A DNA stretch of 27,422 nucleotides from Craspedostauros australis (Eukaryota), in NCBI GenBank assembly GCA_030167865.1, contig JALAGF010005488.1, positions 124,001-151,422 of the forward strand, in the 5' to 3' direction. Made by a program: the position numbers and the translations under genes. The notes below the pieces were generated by a model that made no database searches, was not told the origin of the DNA, and saw only the letters and a program-made list of their open reading frames with translations. This document shows positions 10,095-20,389 of the stretch, in pieces (positions within the stretch are counted from its first letter, which is position 1; the number at the start of each line of letters is the position of its first letter).

Positions 10095-12366
10095 TCATTC
10101 TATTTTCAACAACGGCCTCTCTGCCCGATTCGGCCGCAGGATAAAATCGAAGAGACTGAGGATCATCTTCTTGATCTGCGCCCCCAGCATCTTGACCCGC
10201 TGCACAGGCGTTGCGGTCTTTGGCTTTGGCATCAGTCCATTCGGAGTCGCGGATTTGGTCTCCTCCTGCCAGCTGGCAATCCTTTGGGACAACCGGCTGG
10301 ATGCGGGCGGCATTTTGCGTTGTTCGGAGTCAGAAGGCAGCGACAAGACAGTTTGCGACGGCGTAAAAAAAGATGCCGCCGCTGGCTGGCGACGTTGGTG
10401 GGCATCGGCAGTCTTTGATGCATCCGCGTTCCTGATGATCGATGGTTCGAATGCGGGGGAGCGCTGAGAATCCATGCTGGGTGTCTCTGATTCCCAGATA
10501 GGTGCGCCATTCCTCCACTTGGATACGGCGAACTGTATTCCACGTACATTGTGTACAGAGTGGCAAAGGTGGTGCATGTGGCGCGTGATGGAAGATCAGG
10601 AGAGAAGAAGACAGAGTGAAAAAAGGAAGCAAGGTTGAGCGCGTGCATGTGGGATACTGTGCGACGTGATCGGCGTGGCACACTCATAAAGTACATGCAA
10701 ACGCCTTCATTTGCAAACGATGCGCACTTACGATAAAGATGAAGATGGAGACGATGGGCGCAAGAACGGCAAGACGACGACGCGTGCGACGCTTGAATCC
10801 CCACCGTCTCGGTCTGCTTGGCTGTTCTGAGCCATGAATGATGAAATCAATGTGATGCTGCATTTCTTGCAGTTCCTTGTTGGACGCGGCGACCTCGAGG
10901 TTGAGCTGCTCGCGTTGCTTGGAGTGCGCGCGCGTCATCTGCGACACGATCTTCTGGTGGTCGTTGACGGCGGTGCTGTAGAGGTCTTGCATCTTGGCGA
11001 GTTCGCTGCTGTGCTCCGATCGGATCTGCTGCCGCATGGTTTGATTGGACTTGCGCAGGGAGTCGATTTCCTTCTGCAACAGGGTCTCATGCTCGGTTTT
11101 GGATGCCAGACGGTTTTGCAACTGTGGAAGAAAAAACAAGATGGGGGAATTAGAAAAGAGAATAGCGGGTGTCAGCAACAATGTATGTGAGTGCGAGAAA
11201 GGTCAGAATGGCAAGAACAGAAAATGTCAGGGATCTGCACCTGCACCGCGCCCTGATTGTTCCTAACTCACCTGATCCATGTCATCTTCATTCTGCTGCA
11301 ATATCTTCTTGTGCTTGGCCAGCTGCTTGGCGAGCTTGTACATGCTCTGATCCCTGGTCTTGCGCTTGATGCGCTCTTCGATGAGATCCTCCTGCGTGGT
11401 CTTGAGGCACTCCCGCATCTGCTCCAGCATGTGAATGAGCTCGACCTGCGTCTTCTCGAGCATCTCCTGCTTGGTGGTGTTGGCCGTGACGTTGCGGATG
11501 TCGTTGATGAGGTTGAGCTTGCTGCTGGCGAGGGAGGTGGTGTTGCCGATGCTGAGGTCCTGGCCGAAGATGTCGTAGACCTGGGCCTGCAGGTGTTGCA
11601 GGAGGACGTCCCTGCGATGGTCGTTGGCGGATTTGAATATCCATTCGAGGTGTCCCAGGATCTGCTCGTCTTCCTCCAGGAGGCCGGCGGAAAGAGATTC
11701 GATGCTGTTGGAACGCAGGATGTAGGAGCGCGAGTTGGAGTGCGTGTGGTGCGTCGGCGTCGTGGTCTCCGATTCCGTGTTGGGCGTGGCGGAGGTTGCT
11801 GTGGTGATCATCGTTTCGGCCGTCGGGGAGGCCGCACTGTAGTCCTTCTGATCATCGGCGCCGCCGACGTGCACGTTGAGAGGGCGCATGCGTGCTGGTC
11901 GATTGCTCGATTGCACCCCCATGTTGCCGCTGTTGCTGTAGTTGCCACTGTAGTTGCCACTGTGGTTGCCACTGTGGTTGCCACTGTGGTTGCTGCTGTG
12001 GCTGGTGTCGTCCCTCCCCTTTTGCTTCTGCCCCGAACGTTGCTTTTGGATGCTCCTCTTGCGTCGCTGCTGCTGCTGTTGCTGCTTGGAAGACGAACCT
12101 CTGGAGCTCTGTGCACCGCCCGTATTGTGGGAACTGTCGTCGTTGATGGCTCCTGCAGGAATGGTGATGGTCTGCGGCGGCGGTGCGAGACGCCTCATGA
12201 CGATGCCTGCCTCGACGCTGCTGAGCATGCGCATGCTCTTGGCCTGGATCCTGGCCAGGACCTTGTTTTGCTGTCTGCCAGCAGCATTGATGTCAACATC
12301 GGTCATGATGTTGGCGGTGCTGGCTGGCCGGGTAAGCTGGGCGGTCCCGTTGGACTCTGCCTCCAT
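10095..12366 (-). CDS. Coiled-coil single-TM protein, paralogue of the gene at 337..1734 (~640 aa, 3 exons)
   Basis: Model: complement(join(10095..10532,10732..11121,11272..12366)). Donors CAG|GTGAGT (11271) and ATC|GTAAGT (10731). Acceptors CAG at 11124-11122 and 10535-10533. Both introns are phase 0. Splicing intron 2 completes a TM helix (RRLAVLAPIVSIFIFI|FAVSKW). Low-complexity N-terminus; start uncertain (12366 or 12306). Confidence 0.72.
11932..12000 (-). repeat. Coding 12-bp minisatellite giving (H/Y)SGN repeats
   Basis: gttgccactgt(a/g) units on the + strand translate on the - strand to HSSNHSGNHSGNHSGNYSGNYSN. Confidence 0.9.
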
Positions 12367-13852
12367 CCTCGTCCCTTCTGCCCAGGGCAATACTCGGGAG
12401 TCTCCTGGGAGTGGGAGAGACGCAGACCTGTGTCTGGAAATGTGAGGAGATTCAAATCTGTTACTTAGCGAAATGTGTGCAGAGAAGTGCGGAGTGTTGT
12501 CAAGTGGAGTGATGGCGAAGTGATGTTGAAGTGATGGTGATCGGGAGTTCAACTTCTTCCGCTCCCGTTTCTTCTGTCTTGTGTTGTCGCTCTTTCCTTT
12601 TGCGACGGCTGTTACCTCCCCACAGAGAGAGCATCCACTCCCTGCTTGTCTGTTTCTGCTCTCTCTGTGCAGATGGCACATCATCGTTGCTGCTCTGTGT
12701 GGCTGCCCTTCATTTGTTCTCAGGCGTCACAGAGGATCGTCGGCTCGCGTCACCAAATTTTTCTGCACAGGACACTCTGCGTGTCAACGGAAACGGCTAA
12801 ATTTCATTAAAAAATTGGGAATGTGTGACGAACTTCCATCGCGCCAATCGATGCAAATTAATACTACTATCCACGAATGAAAAAGGAACGATCAGGACCG
12901 TTCGGTGCTTGGATTGGTCGTGGATAACAACGACGGGCACCGCAATCGCAGCGGTCTGCCAACATTTTCGCCCATGAAGGCTCAATCAGTGGCTTTGAAT
13001 GATGCAGAGCAAATAGCAACAGAGTAATCTAGGCTCAGACCAGCACGGTGTTCTTCAAGTTGCAGAGACCGTGCAGCGTGCGGGCTGTGTTTTCCGTGAT
13101 GCTTTTCGGCTGTGCTTCCCTAACCTCCACCAGCCGCTGCTTTAACCACACTACTATATCGAGTAGAGCACACAGGAATGCCCATCCACATCAACAGGTC
13201 TAACCTAGAGCAGATATTGGCAAGAATCGCATTCGCGAAAGGAACAGAGACTGCAGAAACGATACCTCCACGAAATCGGTGCAAGTCTCTGTCGGACTAC
13301 TCTGATGGCGGATGCCGATGCAGATAGACCCGCTGCAGCCTTGCATTAATAATATATGTATATATATTTATCGCTGATCATGCTCATGATAGTAGGAGTT
13401 ATTTAGTCGATCTGTTGACCACCCTTTGGTGCAAGTTGCTCGGCAGTCAACCGTTTTCCTTCCTGACACACGTTCAGTCTGACACGTCGTTTTCAAGAGG
13501 ACACAACTTGGAAACACGACAGTACACCGTCAACGGTCGTGTTGTCACAAAAAACACGACAACCCGTGAACACTCTTTTGCGAACGGTCGTTTCGAATCC
13601 GCACAAGATGGAAACGCGAAGAAATGATTTGCTCTGAGTGGTCGCAGGTGTTGTTGTGAACAATGATGTTGCACCATCATGTGGGGTTTGCCATCTTCCG
13701 CTTGTCATCCACCAAGCAACAGCAGCCATCTCACATTGACCATCGTTCCACCTCACATCATCACGTAACAGCACAATCAAGCGCAAGCGCAAGGACAAAG
13801 ACAACACCCTCATCGGCACAGAGCGAACAGCAACGAGCGCTGCAAGAGCAGG

Positions 13853-16086
13853 ATGCGGGGGTCATGCGTGCCTCTGTTGCGGTCAACGTTGCTGGGCTTC
13901 ATTCTGCTCGCGTTCATCCTTTGCAACCTTGCGGATCTTGCGGAATGCGGTGAGGCAGCAAATGCCAACCATGCTGAAGATGTGGCGCACGAGGAAGACT
14001 CGCAGCCACAGCCACAACACCAGGAACAACAGCAGGAACAACAGCAGGAACAACAGCAGGAACAACAACAGGAACCTCTAGTTTATGGTGTGGACGTGTC
14101 GTGGCCCATGCATCACGCTCCAGGTGACGATCCGTCTGGATCAAACGAAGGCAACGGCGCGAACGCTCTCAGGAGGGCACAGATGGATTCGTACGCCATG
14201 TACATGCAGGGGTGTGGAGAGATCTCAACGCCGGAGCTCTGCGCCAGGCACGAATCGGACCGACTCCAGATGAACCTGCAGCAGCCCAGAGCTTCGCAGA
14301 ACTACACGCACGCGGGATACGCGAAGGTCAAGGCGCCGCAGACGGTCACCGACATCCTCACTGAGTTCTGGGAGACGTATTCTGAGGAGAACATGAAGGA
14401 GGCGTGGCCACCGGGAAACGTCTACGTCAACAACTGGGAGTCACCAACCTACCTCATCAATCTGCACGCTGACAGCCTCCAGACCCACCGCCACAGCTCC
14501 ATCGCCAATCGGATCATCCCGCACGTGCAGGCCGTGCTCGAGGCATGGACGAAGCAACCGCTGGTACCAACCTCCATCTACGGCATCCGCCTCTACCTCT
14601 CCAATGCCATCCTGGCGCCGCACGTGGATCGCCTGCCCCTGGTCTCGTCAGCAATCATCAACGTCGGGCAGGAGCTCGACGAGCCATGGCCGCTCGAACT
14701 GATTGGCCATGACGGCATCGCCAAGAACATCACCATGGAACCCGGCGATATGCTCCTGTACGAATCCCACTCCATCATCCATGGCCGCCCCTTTCCGCTC
14801 AAGGGCAAGTACATGGCCAACGTCTTCCTCCATTTTGAGCCCGTCGGCCATACCCTGCGTCACGAGCGCAAGCACAGCGCGCGATCCACAATCGGGGATG
14901 ACTACGAGCGCGCGTTCGACAAGTTCTCTCAACGAGCGGCCGCTGCAACGGACGGTGCTGATGCGGACGGCGGTGACGATCAGATCGATGACCATGCCTC
15001 CCGCCTGCTGTGGTACATGCGGCCACAGGATGAGGCAAGGTGGTACCAGCACGTGGGATACGAGAAGGTGGAGAATGTAAGTTGTGCATCGCTGTTGCAT
15101 CCTCCACTTTGCGGTGCGGTACTCTGCTACACTACATTCATGCTTTGCGTGTCTCTGGTCTTTGTATGGGTATTCCGTCCATCGAATCTAGCCATAACTT
15201 TACTCACTCACTCACTCACTCACATATCTCTGCTGTGCTGCTCTCCCCTCTGCCATCTACAAATGCACACAGGTCTATCCCAAGCCAACTCGGGCCATCC
15301 TTGGCCTCGTCTCCGCCCATACAGCTGCAGCAGATGGGGATGTTGTCATGCTGAAGAATATCGCTCAGAAGGACCGTGCGCAGCTGTTCAATCCAGACAA
15401 GAACGGATGGGTGAGTCCTATGTATGCTGCTCCAAGTGCCGCGATCGCTTTTGTCGAGGAATGTCATTCCAGTATCGTATGCCTATTGTTCTTGTCCAGC
15501 GCGCATCCTGCGATCACCTCTCACATTCAACCCAACCTTACTTACGGAACCTACCTCGATTCGACTCGGCCCGAATTGGCTCGAACATCATCTTGCCTCT
15601 TTCCTCATGATCACCTCACGGGCAATCCAACTACCGCAGCGACCCATCCACGAAGCTGCACGATCTGGAAGAAAGAAAGCATTGGAATATCTCATTCAAG
15701 AAGGTAAGCGTGTTGTTTTCGTGCTGTCCTTCTGCTGTCCTCTATTTTAGTGCTTGCAACCTTAATATAATAGTATCGTCATGGACGATATTGTTGTCAA
15801 TGATGATGACGACGACGATGATGACCACTAGTTTGGAGTGGAGTAGTCTGTGATAACGTCACCCCAATCTTGTCATCCTTCATCCCCCTCCTCTCACACA
15901 TGCATGCACGTGTGCACATGGCCACCATCAGGCGCCCAAATTAACGAACGGACCAACCATGGCCGTGGTGGAAATCCGCTGTGGTGGGCGGAGAAGGACC
16001 CAGTCAAGAACAAGAAGGCGATCAAGATTCTTAAGAAGCACGGTGCTATCAGCCTGGCGCCAAAGGTTAACGACCAAAACCAATAG
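13853..16086 (+). CDS. Signal-peptide-bearing 2OG-Fe(II) oxygenase-like protein with C-terminal ankyrin repeats (~526 aa, 4 exons)
   Basis: Model: join(13853..15076,15273..15410,15640..15703,15932..16086). Donors GTAAGT, GTGAGT, GTAAGC; CAG acceptors; frame is preserved throughout. Hydrophobic N-terminus (TLLGFILLAFILCNL). Oxygenase motifs YGIRLY, LAPHVDR (HxD), EPGDMLLYE, HGRP and ANVFLHF. The spliced C-terminus gives ankyrin consensus (AHTAAADGD...DKNGW|RPIHEAARSG...LEYLIQEG|AQINERT...NPLWWA). Confidence 0.85.
14021..14074 (+). repeat. Coding 12-bp minisatellite giving (QEQQ)n
   Basis: caggaacaacag repeated about 4.5 times after the signal peptide of the oxygenase. Confidence 0.9.
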
Positions 16087-16216
16087 AGTAGAAAATCATG
16101 GTGTGGTATGGTACATAGCGTACTCTGTATTCGTAACTGTGATAGCTATCCAAATACCTTTCCTCGACAGATGTATGTACACGCGCATGCACATGGACAT
16201 GCGCGCTGCACGGGAG

Positions 16217-18028
16217 TTACTGAAAGGAGTCTGGCTCGTCAAGATAGATCGATTTCGTATTGCCCTTGTCCTCCTTGGTTGGCATGCTACTCTCCAGGCT
16301 TTCGGCCGTCGCGATCCGCTCCTCCTCCGGTACCGACGAATCGTCTTCCATCGCGGCATTGAGTCCAGAAAAAATATTCGCCACCCGCTTCTTGGTGCCC
16401 AACCTTCTAGTTTCCGACTCCACGAAGAAGGTGAGCAGCAAACACCTCGCACGATGATCCGGCGCCTCCAGGATCTTCTGCATCGTGAGAGACGATTCCA
16501 ACACGAGCGGTTGGAGCTCGTTCCTCATGAGCTTTTGCAGGTTTTGCAACTCCGCCTGCAGAGTCGGCGACAGTTCTTGGAAGCCGATGGCGCTTGGCAG
16601 CTCGTCCTCCGAGACGCCCTTCTCCTGCTGCAAGAATTCCTTGAGCTTTTCCTGAAAGTCCTGCTGGAGCTCGTTCTGCCGCGCCATCAATCGCTGGTCA
16701 ACGAAACTTTGCCAAAGTCGCACGGTCTGCCAGAGACCGTCATCGCCCGGACCGTCCTTGACGGCGAGCGTGTCGATGGCCCCCTTGGTGAAGCGCACGT
16801 CCTCCTCCAATTCGTGCTGCAGGTCCACGAGCTTTGCGAATGACGATTTGAGCTGCTTCTCCTCGGCAGGAGCCGCCTTGGCCGCCGCGAACACGGCGCC
16901 GTAGACCTCATCCATGGGCTTGGCATCCTTGCCGCTGTCGTCGTCAATGGTGCCCTCGACTTTGAGGTAGGTATCTCTCGACTCCCACGCCTCCGGGTTG
17001 AGTATCCTGTGGATTCGGACGCGGCCCGTGACTTTGTGGTTGCAAATGTACTTGATCTTATCTCCAGTCTGCTCGCTCACCTCCTTGAGATCCTCCAGCT
17101 CGAACAGCACCCCCGTTTGCGCAAATCGTCCCTTTTCGGTGGGATGGGACGTGACGACGACGAAACGCTTCGTTCCGTTCATGAGGATGTCCGTGTACAT
17201 CTGGCGGTACCGCGGTTCGAAGATGTTGAGCACGTGCTCTGTGTTTGGTGTGTAAACGAAACCTCCGAGCGGAAACAGCGGCAGTACCTCGGCTCCCTGC
17301 AGGAAGGACCATCCACGTCCATGTTGTGTGGTGCATGAGTACGTGTGTCAACGCACCAAGGAATGTGGAGCATGGCCCATTCGATTGTGGCAGATGGAAG
17401 GACGGAAGGCATGAATGGTGTTTTGCAATGGTAGAAGGTGAGATGTGCACGACAAGCACTATCGCCCAACGGCGGCTATTGCACTCTCTGGAGCAATAGG
17501 GCACCGCCAAGATTTGTGCGACTTGCGATCCTCCTGCTCCCAAGAGAAATGAGCAGATGCCCTGGTTGGTTTGGCTGTTCTTGACAATCGACGAATCGAT
17601 CAATGAATCGATCAATGAACCACTCACTCTGATATACTCACCTCCTTAATGGTCTCCACCAGCTCGCCGCTCTGATCGACCACTGATGGCAGCCAGCAGA
17701 CGGAGTCGACGCCGTCCTTGAGCGGATTCTGATCGTCGAAGTCTTCACCGTCATCATCCGATGACATTGACATTGACATTGGCAGCGATACCGATGATGC
17801 TGCTCGGCGCGCGAGAAAGCTTGAGAATGGCAGCAACGAAGGCGACCGTGAGGAAGCGCCTCCGTCCCTGCTTTCTGACAGCAGCGCAACTTGCGACGCA
17901 GAGTGTCCGACCGGAACGGATGGCGCGGTGAACGCGGTCACCAATGTAGAACCATGAGCCGACTGCAGCATGATAGACACAGACTGCGTGCCCAACCACA
18001 ACGCGAGAACCTGCGTTGAAAACTTCAT
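16217..18028 (-). CDS. Plastid-targeted Lon protease N-terminal (substrate-binding, PUA-like) domain protein, without protease or AAA domain (~488 aa, 2 exons)
   Basis: Model: complement(join(16217..17296,17642..18028)). MKFSTQVLALWLG...VTAFTAP (signal + AF motif), then a Ser/Arg-rich transit peptide. Donor GAG|GTGAGT at 17641, acceptor CAG at 17299-17297, phase 0. LON_N signature LPLFPLGGFVYTPNTEHVLNIFEPRYRQM. Confidence 0.85.
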
Positions 18029-20226
18029 TTTAGAGTGGAGTAGAGCAGAGAAGAGCAGAGTGTGTATGTGCGCTATGTGTGGAGTCGCTGTGGTGGCAAG
18101 AGGAGCCTTCTTTCGCGCAGCGTCGTCGATCGTGCGGGTGTGGCGTCCTTCAATCACTTGTGGCTGCCAGCGTTCCTCTCCGGACAGAGTACTCGTCCGA
18201 CCTTCGCTCTCTTACGACTATGATAGTAGATACCGACGCAGCGGATACCACTGTTGGTGATAGTGATGCCGTGTATGCTGTGTATGTCGGTGATGTCAAC
18301 AATGTTGGTGGTGCCGTGACGGTCTCTCTTGTGTTCTCTCTCCGTCATTCTCTCTGCAGCGGGACCCCATGTTGGTATCCGCAAAGCGAGCGCTGACGAG
18401 GAGGAATGTCAGATCTTTGTTCTGCGTCACTTGATTTGATTTCACCTTGATCTGATCCGATCTCGTTTCTTCGCACCTCTCTGTGACTTGAGTACTGACT
18501 GGATACAACAGTCGAGCGAGTCGTTTTGGTCGGCAGAGTCCTTCGCGCCAACTCACGAAAACAATCCACGTTCCGAAATTCCACCCCGCCGCGCTCTCGC
18601 GCTCCTTGGTGCAGACGAAGATTTCTGCACAACGCACTGCGCACACCCACACGTTCCTCGTGTGGACGAAGGGATCTTCATCTCCTGTTTGATCCACGAG
18701 TAGCAGAGCACTGGTGCCAACATGCGTGGTGCAGGGCGAATACATACACCACGATCCTCATTGTTGGTGGCTTCTGCATGCTGGTAGTAGTTGAGCGATG
18801 CTACTGAGGATTATCCCACACACTCCACGTGCATGGTCGCTGTCAGTCACCACCAGGGTGGAAGACGCCGGCGTCTGCGGCAGCAGCTGCAGCGACAATG
18901 ACAGCATCCTCATCACAATCCAAACACAAAGAGACACCGCATTGACCGACGAACAGTATTTCACCTCGCCTCAACTCACTTTACCGCAGCCACGAAGGAA
19001 CAACAAACACAACAACCAACATGATAGACACCCGCCAAGACATCAGCAAACGCATTGGCCAATCCCATGATGGTCCCTCTGCCAACATGAAACAAACACC
19101 AAAGTCCATGAAAGACCGGACCGAAACGAAAGCAGACAGCTGCAGAACAAGACATATCTAATCAAGAGAGTCTTCACACGTCCCCGAACATGGAGTGTTC
19201 ACAAGCGTACGTACATATATACGTTAATTCATGACTACCGCAGCTCCCAAATTCTGGGAAACCGTTATCCGTTATCGGAAACGGACACGTTCGACCAATC
19301 GAACAAGAACAAACGGACATCCATTCCCACATCTTCACGAATCAAGGCAATGCAATCACGATCGGAGAATCTGTGTTCTCCGCATCCACATTATTTCACC
19401 GTGTCAAGGAATGACTGGAACAGACCAACAACCCTTTCGGCGGCCACAAGAAGGCGGCGCTTCATTTGTTCCCAACCCCCACAGAGCAAAGCCACAAGCG
19501 TTGCGCCATGCAAGCACGAGCTCCGCTCGACGGCTTCCGACGATGCCGAGAGATGAACACCAACGGCGATCCCTTCTCTGACGTCGGAACGAGTCATGGA
19601 CCAGAGAGTATCCGACGCGAACCAGCATCAACCACCTCACGCATCGCCACACGTCGATTGGTCAATTCTGACGTCATGCGGCCGCATCGCCATCCATAAT
19701 CATTCTTTCTGAAGCGAACATGAACCCTTTCGGCGCCGACAGAACCGGCCACAACCTTCCAGCTTTTTCTGTTCTCCGAACTCTTCGCTTCCTCCCACGA
19801 CACCACGTCCTTCGATGGGGGGAGAGGGATCGCCGGTTTACTTCCCTGGGTCATTCCACCTTGTGGACCCGCTGTTCGATCGCCACACAATAGAGCAGTC
19901 ATCAACCAAAATCGGAATGAAAATCGACATCAAAATCGACATCAGCACGCATGATCGGCACAGGCATCGACTCCTCACACAGTGTTGCGCACAACGTCAA
20001 CCAATGCGTCGGCATCCAAGCACAACGGTGCATTTTGCGACGTACGGCTGCGGACCGCAATAGGTCATCGATTGCCATTGCTCTGCTGACAGAGTGATCA
20101 TAAAAGTGACCAGCATCACAGTGCTCTTTCGCTTTCTTTTCTCGAAGGAATTCTCGACATCACCCTCGGCAATTCCAGCCTTTCGGCGACTCGAGTACGA
20201 GTCGAATTGAACGCACGCACATACGC

Positions 20227-20275
20227 GCAACTGCAACTGCACACGCAACTGCATCTGCGCACGCAACTGCACACA
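20227..20275. repeat. Imperfect GCAACT/GCACAC hexamer repeat upstream of the adhesin gene
   Basis: gcaactgcaactgcacacgcaactgcatctgcgcacgcaactgcacac, ~115-165 bp upstream of the ATG at 20390. Confidence 0.7.
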
Positions 20276-20389
20276 GCATCAACATCAACATCAATACACA
20301 ATACAAAACCAAACCAAACCAAAGAAAAACACTACATCAGACGACAAGAGCAAGACAGGCAACGCCAAACCAGCGCCACCACATCGATC

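Noticed and set aside
15077..15610. Hydrophobic, Cys-rich C-terminus of the 585-aa ORF suggesting a TM anchor
   Set aside because: This is intron read-through (GTAAGT donor, CTCA repeats, pyrimidine tract). Splicing yields ankyrin repeats instead.
18029..20206. 2.2-kb divergent intergenic region checked for hidden genes, tRNAs or transposon ends (also 12400..13850)
   Set aside because: By eye I found only short non-specific ORFs and small tandem duplications, with no cloverleaf, terminal repeats or transposase motifs. A covariance-model search could still find something.
20207..20389. N-terminal extension MNARTYAQLQLHTQ... of the giant ORF
   Set aside because: It starts at TTG and runs through a simple repeat and A/C-rich leader. 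The ATG at 20390 gives a clean signal peptide.
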